Origin: the human T2T-CHM13v2.0 reference genome, Homo sapiens
Strand: one strand, 5' to 3'
DNA length: 64,000 nucleotides
Assembly: GCF_009914755.1 (NCBI RefSeq)
Contig: NC_060931.1
Shown here: piece by piece, positions 43,660 to 55,437 of the stretch
How the letters are laid out: each line of letters opens with the position of its first letter
Numbering within the stretch: the first letter of the stretch is position 1
Position numbers and translations under genes: made by a program
Notes under the pieces: generated by a model
What the model was told of the DNA's origin: nothing
Seen by the model: only the letters and a program-made list of their open reading frames with translations
Databases searched by the model: none

Positions 43660-43800
43660 TTACTTCATGTATAGAGTTTCAGCTATTTCTTATCTGTGAG
43701 AACTTATGCAATTACACCCCAATTTAGGGATAACAATACATCATAGGGTTGTTGAAATGATTAAGGTGATATATGTCAAGTGCTTTTCACAGCACCTGGT
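43660..43800 (+). mobile_element. MIR fragment
   Basis: 'tcatagggttgttgaaatgattaaggtgatatatgtcaagtgcttt...cacctggtata'. Confidence 0.6.
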
Positions 43801-44883
43801 ATAATCACCCACCTACTCCAAGCTCTGGTTGCCTAAGGCCTCCCACTTCTCCAGGAGCCGCCTGTCTTTCTCTGGGGTGCTTCCCAGGCCAGTGTGGAGG
43901 TGTCTGCCTGCATCCATTTTCACTGTGGCATCTGTCTGCCACACTCATGTTCATAAACACTCATGAAGCTCGGCCTGGGCATCTCTCCCTGGATAATGCT
44001 GCTGCACCCTGATGATATTTTTCTTTTGGGCTTCTTGCTATGGATAACAAGCAGAGGTAACAACCCACTTTTCATCAGCATATTCTTTTTTCCAGAACAC
44101 AATGCAATTACTGAGTGTCAGCTTCATCGTCCAGTTACCATTCAGTCATGCCTCCCGTGGGTCACCTTGAGTGGATGTTGTGTTGGGTGTTTGAACAGTC
44201 TCCAAACTTGTATCAATAGTTTGTTGATCTAATCACTTAAATATCCCTGTTCTCCCCAGTCATGGTATTTAAGCTAGAGATTAAGAATGCAGCTTTGGTA
44301 CCACTGCCAGGACTTGAATTCTGGCTTCACTGCCCCAGAAAAGTGAATTATGTTTTTTGAACCCTCAGTTACTTCATACAAAATAATCAGAATAGTACTT
44401 CTTCCACGGGCATTTTATGGCAGAGCTCAAGTGAGATAAATCTTACCATTTACTTAAGTTGTCACAACTGGGAAATGTTTAGGAAAAGCAAAGTAAAGAT
44501 TTTATATATCTCAAATAAATAAGGTAGCTGATCTTACTAACATGGTAAAGTCTAAGAAATTTTTAAAAATTATATATATGTTTAGTTAAACTGACTAGGT
44601 ATATAATGGACAATGCAGCTTTGGCTGGAGTAGGAAGATGGATCATTGAGAAGATCAAGGGACAGATAGTTTTAGAAACTCAGGACAAATCGATTAAGAA
44701 AAGCCATCCAAATCTGAGAAGGATTTGTCAGGATCCTTGCAAAGCAAGATAAGAGTAAATCAGATCAAGTGCATGGTGAGATATGGCTGTATGAGAGTTT
44801 GCAGAGATATTTTTCTTTTCCCTTCCAGACCCCATTTGAGTAATGATAAAACTGTAAAGTAGTAGGAAATCAAGGTATTACTC

Positions 44884-45316
44884 TGTATTAGACCATTCTC
44901 ACATTGCCATAAAGAAATACCTGAGACTGGGTAATTTATAAAGCAACGAGGTTTAATTGGCTCATGATTCTGCAGGCAGCGCGGGAAGCATGATGCTGGC
45001 GTCTGCTCGGCTTCTGGGGAGGTCTCAGGAAACTTACAATCATGGTAGGAGATGAAGGGGGCATAGGCACCACATGGCCAGAGCAGAGGCAGGAGAGAGA
45101 ATGGTGGGGTGGGGAAGATGCCCCACACTTTTGAATAAGCAGATCTTGTGAGGATTCACTCACTGTCATGAGAGCAACACCAAGGGGATGGTGCCTAACC
45201 GTTCATGAGAAGTCCAGCCTCATGGCCCAATCATCTCCCACCAGGCCCCACCTCCAGTGCTGGAGATTACATTTCAACGTGAGATTTGAGTGGGTACGCA
45301 CATCCAAACCGTATCA
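44884..45316 (-). mobile_element. MSTA/MSTB-like solo LTR
   Basis: tgtattagaccattctcacattgccataaagaaatacctgagactggg ... catccaaaccgtatca. Confidence 0.9.
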
Positions 45317-45491
45317 TATCCCATGGCACCAAACAAGCAAACAAAAGGAGCATGAATCAAAAAGAAATTATAAACCAGTAAAAATGTTTTTCAAAGAATT
45401 TAGGTGCCCCCTCCAAAATTAAGTGTTCTCAGAAAAACCGATTTCTGAGAAGACTAAAGAAGGAAGCACTTTTCCTCCTAGAGAAGAATAC

Positions 45492-45669
45492 AAAGAAGTT
45501 CCTGCTTTAAGGAAATTGTGTATACAGAAAAGCCAACTTTCAAAGCCTGCAAAATGGGGCGAATATATTTCTGTGTATGTAAAGAAGTTTCCACTTTAAG
45601 GAAATCTTGTATACAGAAAAGCCATCTTTCAAAGCCTGCAAAATGAGGCAAATATACTTCTATGTATGT
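45492..45669. repeat. Tandem duplication, 2 x 89 bp
   Basis: Gapless alignment with 10 mismatches in 89 bp (manual count). Confidence 0.9.
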
Positions 45670-46070
45670 GTGAATAGGTAGAGCACAAAATGACCTTGCA
45701 AGGGGATCTACAAGGAACCTTTAAACAGGAACTCTTTGATGTATACAAAGATTCCTTGTCCCCTCATCTATGGGGTAGACAATAATGTGGAGTCCAGAAA
45801 CTGAAAACTATAGTTTAGAAGTGATGACAAATTGAATACTGAGCAAAAGAATGTGCTATTTAAAGCTAGAATGGGAGTCCAATGAAAAATGAAGAGAGAA
45901 GTTATAGAACAAAGTGAGGCCAGCTTATATTTTAATGTAATTTAATATGAAATACTCTAAAGTAGAAGTTGTTAAATTGGAGTTGTTTATGAAATTGTTT
46001 ACATTGAAAAGAATTGACAGGTAGAGTAAGTAGACTATATGAGAGATCTACATGGGGCCATTAATGGCAG

Positions 46071-46434
46071 TGCTTTGATCTGAATATTGTGTCCCCTCAG
46101 AATTAATGTGTTGAGATTCTAACCCCCCAAGGGGATGATATTAGAAGACAGGGACATACGGGAGGTGATTCAGTTATGAGGGCAAAGCCCTCGTGAATGG
46201 GATTAGTGCCCTTATACAAGAGGCCCAGGGGACCTTGTTAGCATCTCTACCATGTGAAGACAGAACAAGAAAGCACCATCTATGAACCAGAAAGCCGGTC
46301 CCACCAGATACTGAATCTTCCAGTGCCTTGATCTTGAACTTCTCAGACCCCAGAACTGTGAGAAATAAATTTCTGTGGTTTATAAGCTCCCAGTTTATGA
46401 TATTTTGTTATAGCATCCTGAACAGACTAAGCCA
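46071..46434 (+). mobile_element. MLT1A0-like solo LTR
   Basis: TG...CA ends; exact 5-bp TSD ggcag (46066-46070 / 46435-46439). Confidence 0.88.
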
Positions 46435-47451
46435 GGCAGGACCCTGGCCCAGCTGTGAACTTGGTGAATTCTAGGTCTTGTGACGTGTGGCACCAATGAA
46501 CATCACTCTGGAAAGCCAGGGAGATTTTGTGCAAATCTGATGAGGCAATACATTGGGAAATTAAACATGGTAATGACTCTCTGGTGAACTGATATACGAC
46601 TCTCCTTTTACCTACCCTCTGTCAACCTCTCCTCATTTCCACTTGGACACTGGGGCAAAGGTTACTTAAATTTGTCTGGAAAATATTTTCTGGTTGGTAA
46701 ATACAGGTAAATTTGAGTCAGATGGCACCTCTTATCACTCATGGCATTGCCTTACAAGAAAATAAAGTTTTGTAAGAAACTTTTAGTGTTGCAGACATGA
46801 CTTAGGGTCCAAGGTGAGGGATGGCTCTGGAGGCAGGATCTGGATGGGCTTGTGTGTGGCAGGTCCCTGAGAGATTCCTCCCTTGGGCCCTGGTCATCTT
46901 GCGTGTGTGCTAGGGTCAGTCCTTGGCAATGCTGGGCGGCAGCTGCTCTCATCTCAAGCTGTTCTTGAGTCCGAGGGATGACAACAGACTATTCGGAAGG
47001 TACTTTGTCTCAGAGTTCTCTGAAATGATTAGCTATGTCTTACTTTTACCCGCTACTGAAGTGAAGATTGTAGGACACCTTCTCAGGCCCCCACTAGCCC
47101 AAATGGAGCAAATGTCCCTGTCTGTGGAATAGCTGTCACTTTTGTGATTGAATTTGGATTTTTCAAGGTCTGGCAAACACCCAAGAACACTTTCCAAGGC
47201 TGGCGGAGGTTCCCTCCTGTCTTTACGAACAGCTGTGTCTCAAGAGGTCACTGAGGGAGCACTGGCTCTTCTCACAGCCAGCTCTCTCTTGAAGCTTCTT
47301 CTTAGTGTAGATGTGAAAGCTGGCTGCTGTTTGCAAAGTACACGATGGCCTGGTGGAGAGCACTCACTCTGCCTTCCTCAACAACAAAAACATCAGTATT
47401 TTCAGATTTGCATTTCAATATAATGTTCAATTACATCAATATAGGGGCCCC

Positions 47452-47856
47452 TGGATTAGTTTGCTAGAGGTGCCACAATAAAATATCTCAAACCGGGGGC
47501 TTAGACAACAGAAATGTATTTTCTCATAATTCTAGAGGCTGAAAGCCCAAGATCAAGGGGTCAGCAAGTTGAGTTTCTCCTGAGGTGTCTCTCCTTGGCT
47601 TGCAGATGGTCAACTTCCTCCTGGGTCCTCACGTGGTCTTTTCTCCTGTGTGCATATCCTTAGTGTCTCTTTTGTGTGTCTGAATTTCCTTGTCTTATAA
47701 GGACACCAATCAGATTGGATTAGGGCTCACTCTAATGGCCTCATTTAAATGTAATCTCTTTAAAGGTCCCATCTCCAAATACAGCCACATTCTGAGGTAC
47801 TGGTGGCTAGAGCTTCCACACGTGAATTTTAGGGGCACACAGTTCAGCACATCGCA
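47452..47856 (-). mobile_element. MLT1B-like solo LTR
   Basis: 'caacagaaatgtattttctcataattctagaggctg...cttataaggacaccaatcagattggattagggc...ccaaatacagccacattctgaggtactgg'. Confidence 0.85.
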
Positions 47857-49137
47857 GTCGCCTGGTTTTGCTTTCACTCAGTGTGAGCAATCAGACCCAC
47901 GTTTTGGAGTGGAAAAGAAACCAGGCCCATTTTCAGCCAGTCTGAGGAGGAAAGAGGTCCCTGAAGAGGCCTGGGGTTTGACTGCTGGGACCTAGTGGGG
48001 CAAGTGGCATGGATTAGCTGAAGTTGCTCAGTGTTGGGAAGATCCTTTTATCCCTGTCTTTTAAAGGGGAGACTGCAATATAAATCAAATGCCAGTTTTT
48101 GTGTGTCTTGAAACCGTTTAACACCCTCCTTTGTAGTCTGCCTAGGTCTCAGGTGTAGCCGCACAGCCTCACGTTGCCTGGGGCGCCATCTAACACTGAG
48201 CATCCGCCTCTGGCAATTTATTCTTTGTTGGCAGCTGAGCTGTCTGTCAGCAACTCCCAAAGCCCAGAAAAGTACATATGTCTTAATTACAGTGGAGAAC
48301 AAACGGAGGGGCATGGACGCTGGGGCAGTGGATCCCAAAGGACATATCTTTGGGGGAAAATGTCTGTGTCTGTTTTGCTGACCTTGAATACTTCTTCTCG
48401 GAAAAAGAAAACAGAATAATGGCACGTTTTTCTTTTTTGATTTATTGTCTGGCCCTCATCAGCCCCTGCCTCTCATAGCATTTTGTTTGACACCTGAAAG
48501 CCAGGGGGTTGCATTAAAATTCTTGCACTTTCCATATAATCGCTGGCTCTGGGGTGATTTCAGTAAAAGGGGCATGGTGATTGTCCTGGATGTTAGTGTG
48601 GTGTCCTTAACATTACTTCCAGGGTCTAAGTCTATCGCGTGGCAGGGGAGAGTGATACTTAATTGGATTTTTGCAATCTTAAAGGCGACAATTGCTCCTT
48701 TCTTTAGAAGCCATACATTGAGTTCAGAGTTGAACCTGCTCAATTCCAGCATTGCATCTACCTATTAACTTCACAGGCAGTTAAACAGAGGAGCATAAAA
48801 CCGCATGACTAACTGTGCTCATAGCCGCTGAAAACCAGATAAGGGAATCTTGAAATCCTTTATTCCAGCACACTGTGAGTACTACATACATTTTCAGTGA
48901 TAAATAATAATGCAAAATTTCCCTTTGTCCACAGTCCTTTGACTGCTCCCCACTCCCTGTGAAAAAGCTCACATTTATTAATTGGAATGAAATTTGAGAA
49001 GGTGATTTTGGAAGGCCTTAATAGAAGGAATTGCTAAAAAGAACTTGAGAGGACAGGCCCCAGGAGAGACACAGAAGAGAGAGTAAGCAGCAATCCTGAC
49101 CATTCATGGTAGCAATGGGCCAAGATTGCTTGCAGAC

Positions 49138-49300
49138 CAGTGGTTCTGAACCCTGGCTAACCATAAGAACCACTGGGAGGCTTTAACTGACTCTGATGCC
49201 TGGGCCCCACCCCAGACCTACCAAATCAGAATCTCTTGGTAACTGGATATTTGCATATGTTAAAAGCTCCCAGGTGATTCTCATGTGCAGCGTGGGTTTG
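49138..49300. mobile_element. MER5A-like fragment
   Basis: 'cagtggttctgaaccctggct...gatgcctgggccccaccccagacc...aagctcccaggtgattct'. Confidence 0.75.
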
Positions 49301-51734
49301 TGAACTTTTGCTACAGGGCGATGACAATGCTCATGCCCGAGGGTTTAGGATATCTGCTAAGGGTGCAGGTCTTGGAACTATGATTGTTGGGGATCTTGCC
49401 AAGGTGTGCATTCAAGAACCCTTAGAATCCCATTGTATGGGCTCTCACCCAACTGTGTCGGAACTCTGTGCACTGAGGTGCAGCTCATGCCTTACCCCCT
49501 TACCTCCTTGATTCCTCAAACTGCACATTTGATTTTCTTTTTTACTGAATCAGTATTAGCAAAAAAGAGTTACAAATTTGGTGGCCAATGAGCTATGAAT
49601 TTGTGTCATTGATGGGGCTGTATGAAGGTTGACACTTATTCCTGACCCCTAGTTTTCTCGTCTGTAAAATGTAAATAATAATAATAGTAATAATAATCTA
49701 AATGTACTTCTTGAAGCAGGTCGTGATTAACCCTCCCATTGACATTTTCCTCACTGGTTACTCTGAGCATAAACAAAGACATGGACTACATTCATTTGGA
49801 AGTTGGGCATTATTTTAGGCGGTCCTAAAGGGTTCTAACTATGAGCTTTACATGGAAGATCCCATCTGCTGCTTCTGGGGATCCTGTGGTCACACGGGGA
49901 TTGTCCAGGATGTGTAATGACTCCATTAAAAGCTAAAAGTCCAACCCAGCCATCAGAGACCTGAGAAAGTCAGGGTTGGGAAGGGACTAAAATGATGGCT
50001 TTAGAAATAGTATAACAGAGTATTTAGGAGATTTGTGAGGGTGCCCTATTAAAGACACCAGCATATTACCTCCTTGGAATAATAACACCTCACAAATGGG
50101 GAATATAAACCACCTTGGGAGGTGTGGGGAGCAGTTTTCTAAATATGAACTTGATTATCTCGTAAGACAGAGAATATGGCACACAGGGTAACTTGGTTTT
50201 GATGGAGAAACAGGAAAAAAAAAAAAAAAAAAGGAAATAAGGGAGTACCTGGTATGTAGCCTTGCTTTAAAAATGGTGCTGGATGAATGAAGAGCTATAT
50301 TTGGGTTCCCATATTACTGAGTTACTCTTTTCCATAAATTTGAGCTCAAGAAAGAGCAATTAAAAAGACACAATAGGATGTTCACAAAACACCACGAATA
50401 ACCAGGAAAAAATGTTGGCAGCTTGTGTTATATCATCTTTCCTCATTGAAAACAGATTGGTTGGGTGTGGTTCAAAATAGTTAGCCTTTATGCTATGTGA
50501 AGATGTAGGGGCCACTTGAAATGCTTTTTTTTTTTTCTTTCTCTTCCTCCCTCCCTTCTTCACTTCTCTATACCTACCTACCTACCTACCATAGTGGTTA
50601 ATATGTTAAATAGGTAGTAGGTACCATACTACCTACCTACCATAGTGGTTAAAAAACAAAAGACTACGGTACCATATGGTACCATAGTGGTTAAAAAACA
50701 AAACAGGAAATGAGCAAACAAAAATTAAAAAGCAGACATGTAGTAATGTGTAGTAAGGATTTTACTGGTGACAGCTGAGCAAAGACCTTTTTTCAAACGG
50801 ACTTCTGAGACGGACAGGGGCACACAGGAAAGGTGTGGCCTCAGGGGTCTTCTATTAACAACCGACTTCTTGTCATCAGATTTCTTTCTCTATTTTAAAT
50901 GAATTAGGTGTTCAGAAATAGAGTCCCAGGGCTGGGCAATTTTCTCCTTGAAGAGTGGCAGCAAAGGAAAGCTGGAAATGCATTAATCGTAAATGAGTAA
51001 ATTAATTACGCATTCCTTCCCCTGTGGGGTCAGCACTGGCACCAGTAGGCCATCAGTTGTTTAAGGAATTAGATACCAAAGATGCCCTTTATACAGCCAA
51101 TTATGTGGAAATAAATTACTCTTTCAGATGGCAGTATGCTTTTCTCTCAGAACATGTGGAGAAGGCTTTTTGTCTTGGAATAGTCTGCATGCCGTTTTCC
51201 ATGGTAATTAAAGCCCTTAAAGCAAAGGTTTCTTCTGGCTCTGGTTCTTTGGATAGAACAATGCTGCATGCCTAGAAAATGTGGGGGGCTGTTTTGCTGA
51301 GTGATGTGTTGACAGTTGAGTAGGTTTCACAGGTGTGACAGAAACTCCCAGCAGCACCGGGGGAGGCCTCGGTGGCAGGCAAGTGATGTACGTCACTCCC
51401 TGAGCCCTTTACTCACCCCGAGAGAGTAGCAGGGTGGAAAGCCTAAAAAGTGGGTTTCAGAACTCACACAGCCCTGTTGTAAATACCCATGGCTTGAAAT
51501 GGCCTCTGCTGTGCAGGATAACAGGCAGTTACGTGAGCTGGTGGCAGCCAGGGCTGGAGGAGCTCAAGGAAGTCCCTGCCCTCCCTGGTAGCCCAAGCTG
51601 TTCTTTCTTCATCCCCAGTCCCTTCCTTTCTGGTCCTCAGTGTCCCCCATCCTCAACATCCCCACCCTCTAGACCTGACCAGTGTGTGGGTAAGGGAGTG
51701 GGTCAGGAGCTCATTGGAGTGTGGTTTTTACTAG

Positions 51735-52187
51735 TGTGAAAGGAAAATAAAACTTGGGGCCCCAATTCACTCTGCCAAAGGAAAAAATGAAGCTGAAAGC
51801 TGAGTCATGCAAGAAGCTGCATTTCCTTTTGTTCCTGAGCAGATAGCTACAGGTAAAAAGTTAAATATCTCCACAGGTAGCCACTCTATGTTCACCTTCT
51901 CTTATGGAAAGTGCCGATTTGCTGAATGTGAGATAATACATAATTAACTAACCCCTACCTACTCCTTTTCTCTTGCAACATGTGGATTCAGTAATGTGAC
52001 CTATCTTTCCTTTCCCCTCCAGCCTGCTTTTCCCCTTTAAATATTGAAGCCCTCAAAATCTTCTTTGGGAAAAGGCACAGACCTGTCTCCCAGGTGGATC
52101 CTTAACTTTGACAAAATAAACGTCTAAACTGATTGACACCTGTCTATCTGACCTAGAGACAGATGCTCATATGCCTTTTGGTTTACA
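51735..52187 (+). mobile_element. MER4-family solo LTR (ERV1)
   Basis: tgtgaaaggaaaataaaacttgggg ... ttttggtttaca; 4-bp TSD ctag/ctaa; AP-1 motif tgagtca at 51801-51807. Confidence 0.85.
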
Positions 52188-52350
52188 CTAATAAAGAACT
52201 GGAAACATCCAACATCCCTCCACAGGGGAGTGACTAAGGGACCACAGAGAGCCTTCTCAGCCAGAACATCACATAGTTGCTGTAAGGAATTGGATAGAGC
52301 TCTGGCTCCCGACACAGAGAATCCTCCAGGCATACTGTTAAAGGAAAAAG

Positions 52351-52422
52351 AAAGCTGTAGAATCAGAAACAAAGCTATAGAATCAGAAAAGAAAGCTGTG
52401 GAATCAGAAAGCTATAGAATCA
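52351..52422. repeat. Minisatellite, ~4 copies of aaagctRtRgaatcaga
   Basis: Units start at 52351, 52371, 52392 and 52408. Confidence 0.85.
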
Positions 52423-52572
52423 TACTACATTGTATGATGTATTTATGTAAGACAGCCACAAACAAAACTGTACGTTTCCATATGTATACAAATATATTGG
52501 GTTGTACCACACGAAATGGCCTTTTTAAAGGTCAAAATTGGTCAGTCATTGGCAGATTCATGCAGTTCAACT

Positions 52573-52752
52573 CAGGGGTTCTCAGCGATGGACTGTGGCA
52601 TTTGGGCTGGATAACTCTGTTGTGGAGGCAGTCCTGTGTGAGCGCTAACTGCTAGTGTCACGACTTGGGTTGTGACAACCAAGAATGTCTCCAGATTTTT
52701 CCAAATGTCCCCCTGAGGGGCAAAATTCTCCACCCACCTTTGAGAACTTCTT
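52573..52752. mobile_element. MER20 hAT transposon
   Basis: 'tttgggctggataactctgttgtggaggcagtcctgtg...gttgtgacaaccaagaatgtctccaga...caaatgtcccc'. Confidence 0.8.
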
Positions 52753-53589
52753 TAACTTGATATATGTAAATGCAAAAAGATGTGAAGAAATGTACAACAT
52801 GCCGATTTGTTATCAGTCACTTTTGGGGAGGTGCCCGGAAATGGGGCACTGCAGCTTTAGCTTATCTGTGTTGTTTGAATTATTTTACAGTGAGACTGCA
52901 TTCATGTGTTATCTATGTAATGAAAAAAAAAAAAAAAGAAACTGAGATTGTGTTTAAACTACTAAAAGAGTGTGGGGGAAGGGCAGGGGGCCCTTGGACC
53001 TCATAAAAGTATCAAGAGATAGCTGTCCAGCCCCTGCTTCCTCACGTTGCTTACAGTCCTGTGCTTTGGCACTGGAGTTTTGATAAGGCCATCAGTGAGC
53101 TCTACATGAATGCCTTCCTCTCTTTGGGTTGAGGGAGGGGTGTTTGGGACCTGTGCTGCATTAGAGAGCTAGACAGGCTGAAGGGAAGAGTTTCCAAGGC
53201 CCTAGAGGAAGAAGAAGGGAGTGAGAAAAGCACCAAATACATGTGTCCAAGGCCCAACGAGCCAGAGGGTAGACAGGAGGATAACCCAAAACAACTGGGT
53301 CAAGAGTGGGTATCAAAATTGAGGTAGGAAGGGAATATGGGGCCAGAAAGGGGAAAATAAGCAGAACCAAAAGAAGGAGACTGTGTGTGTGTGTGGTGGG
53401 GGTGGTGGTGCGTGACTGGTTACTTAGAACAAATGTTTGCTATCTGGGGCAATGGTTCTCAAATGTGGCTGCACATGTGAATTACCTGGGAGAAAATGAA
53501 GAGAAATAGATTTCCAGGCCCCACTTCAGACCGACTGAGTCAGAATCAGTAAGTAAAGCACTGAGAAACCTGTAATTTTCTTTCCTCCT

Positions 53590-53887
53590 TCTTTTTTTTG
53601 TTTTGGAGATAGGGTCTTGCTCTGTCACCCAGGCTGGAATGCAGTGGTGCAATCATAGCTCACTGTAACCTTGAGCTCCTGGGCTTGCAACCCTCTGCTT
53701 CAGCCTCATGAGTAGCTAGGACTACAAGTGTGTGCTGCCATGCCTGGCTAATTTAAAAAAACTTTTTTGTAGAGACAAGGCCTTGCTATGTTGCCCAGGC
53801 TGGTCTTGAACTCCTGGCCTCATGCTGTCCACTTGGCTCGGGCTCCCAAAGTGCTAGGATTACAGGTATGAGCCATTGCATCTGGCC
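53590..53887 (-). mobile_element. AluJ inserted in a MER5A relic (53450-53926)
   Basis: J-type 'agggtcttgctctg', 'tcatagctcactg', 'ttgctatgttgcccagg'. Confidence 0.9.
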
Positions 53888-54019
53888 TGGAGTTTCTAAT
53901 AGAGATTACACTTTGGGAAACACTGCTTTGGGGCTGGTTTGTGGATATTTAGTATGGTTCATACTAAAATTTCCACTATTGTCCCCAAAGGAAATCTATA
54001 AAGGAGCCTATAGCTCCCC

Positions 54020-54290
54020 CACCCCTTTTTGAACAGGGTTACATGTTAATTTTACATATGGCATTTGGTTGTTATGTCTCAATAGTTTTTCAAAACCTTG
54101 ATTCTTTGAAGAGCCCAGGCTGGTTGTCTTATAGATTCTAGATTTGCCTGTTTCCTCATGGAACATTTAACCTCTTGTCCCTGCTATTTCCTGCAAACTG
54201 AAAGTTAACTCTAGAGCTTGACTGATAGATTCAGATTAAAAATGTTTGGTAAGAATATGTAATAGATGATATATATTTTTTTATTGTATC
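54020..54290 (-). mobile_element. Old L1MC-like 3' fragment
   Basis: 'ttgaagagcccaggctggttgtc...ttcctgcaaactgaaagttaactctagagcttg...gattcagattaaa'. Confidence 0.5.
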
Positions 54291-54928
54291 ATCAGTTTTT
54301 CTAAGCTTTTTTTTTTTTTTAGTTTTGAGGGAAAGTGGGGATGTATTCAGTGCCTGAGCTAAAAAAATATTTTGTGGTATCAGGCTGATTTTAGTAGAAA
54401 ATTACCAAGTGGAAGGCCAGTGTCTCTTGTTACATTCTTTCAGGTTTAGAAAGCACGATGGTGGTTGATGAAGCACCACTGGACTGAGCATTTTATTATC
54501 TGTGTGTCTATTTATCCCCAGGCTAATTGCGGAAAATGTAACTGGAACCAGGCCACAGAAAGATGGAGACATTTCAAAGTGGGCTGGAAATCAACAGAAC
54601 ATAAAAGTGAATAGGGAAGCTCTCCTCGAGCCCTGTAGTCAGGGAGTGGGAAGAAAGGACCAGAAGAAATTAGGAAAAGTAATTTTTCTTAGCTGTTAAA
54701 GAAGACTGCTTGTGGGGATTTGATAATTAAGCAAACCCTCTTCTATTCTGGGTTTTGATCCACTTGAAAGACATAATTGTCACAAGAAGATAAAAGTGAA
54801 GTGCCAGCCACATTACCTAGTTTGGCATTCTATAAGAAAGCTGGATTAGAGAAGGTGGTTTGCACTGGAGGTGGGAATGGGACTCTCTACACAATAACCA
54901 CTGCCCCTAACTGAAGTTACTTAACTTC

Positions 54929-55437
54929 TGTGATTGCTAATTTTATTTGTCAACTTGACTGGGCCATGGGATGCCCAGCTATTTGGTCAAGCATTATTTT
55001 AGGAATGTCTGTGAGGGTGTTTTTGGATGCAATTTGATTTGGTAGACTGAGTGAAACAGATTTCTAATGTGAGTGCCCTCACAATCAGTTGAAAGCTGAA
55101 ATGGAACAAAAACGCTGACATTCCCATGAGTTAGAGGAGATTCCTGCTATCTGACTCTTTTGAGCCGGGGCAATGGACTTTTCCTGCCTTCAGACTCAAC
55201 CTGGAACATCAGCTCTTCTTGAGTCTCAAGTCTACTGGCTTTCAGACTAAAACTACACCATTGGCTCTCCTGGGTCTCATCTTGCCTCCTGCACACCTCA
55301 GCCTTCATAATCATATGAGCCAATTCCTTATAATAACTCCCTCCACCTTTGCTCTTTCTATTGGAGAACTCTAATACATAGCTCCTGAATTAGTAACCCT
55401 GTTCATTCTTTTTCTCTGAAGAACGCTTCCTAATACA
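54929..55437 (+). mobile_element. MLT2B-like solo LTR (ERVL)
   Basis: tgtgattgctaattttatttgtcaacttgactgggcca ... ctaataca. Confidence 0.85.

Noticed and set aside
44450-46050. A-rich stretch that may be a very old LINE relic
   Set aside because: I could not match it to any family with confidence.
46440-47440. Possible lncRNA exons downstream of the MLT1A LTR (e.g. ctcaag|ctgttc...cggaag|gtactt)
   Set aside because: Splice signals are weak and cannot be supported without transcript data.
48048-48768. Overlapping 80-125 aa ORFs in unique sequence
   Set aside because: No recognisable protein similarity, no consistent exon structure, and ORFs overlap on both strands.
50571-50703. Repeat-spacer pattern superficially like a CRISPR array
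   Set aside because: Eukaryotic context, only three 15-bp repeats, spacers built from the repeat itself, and no cas genes.
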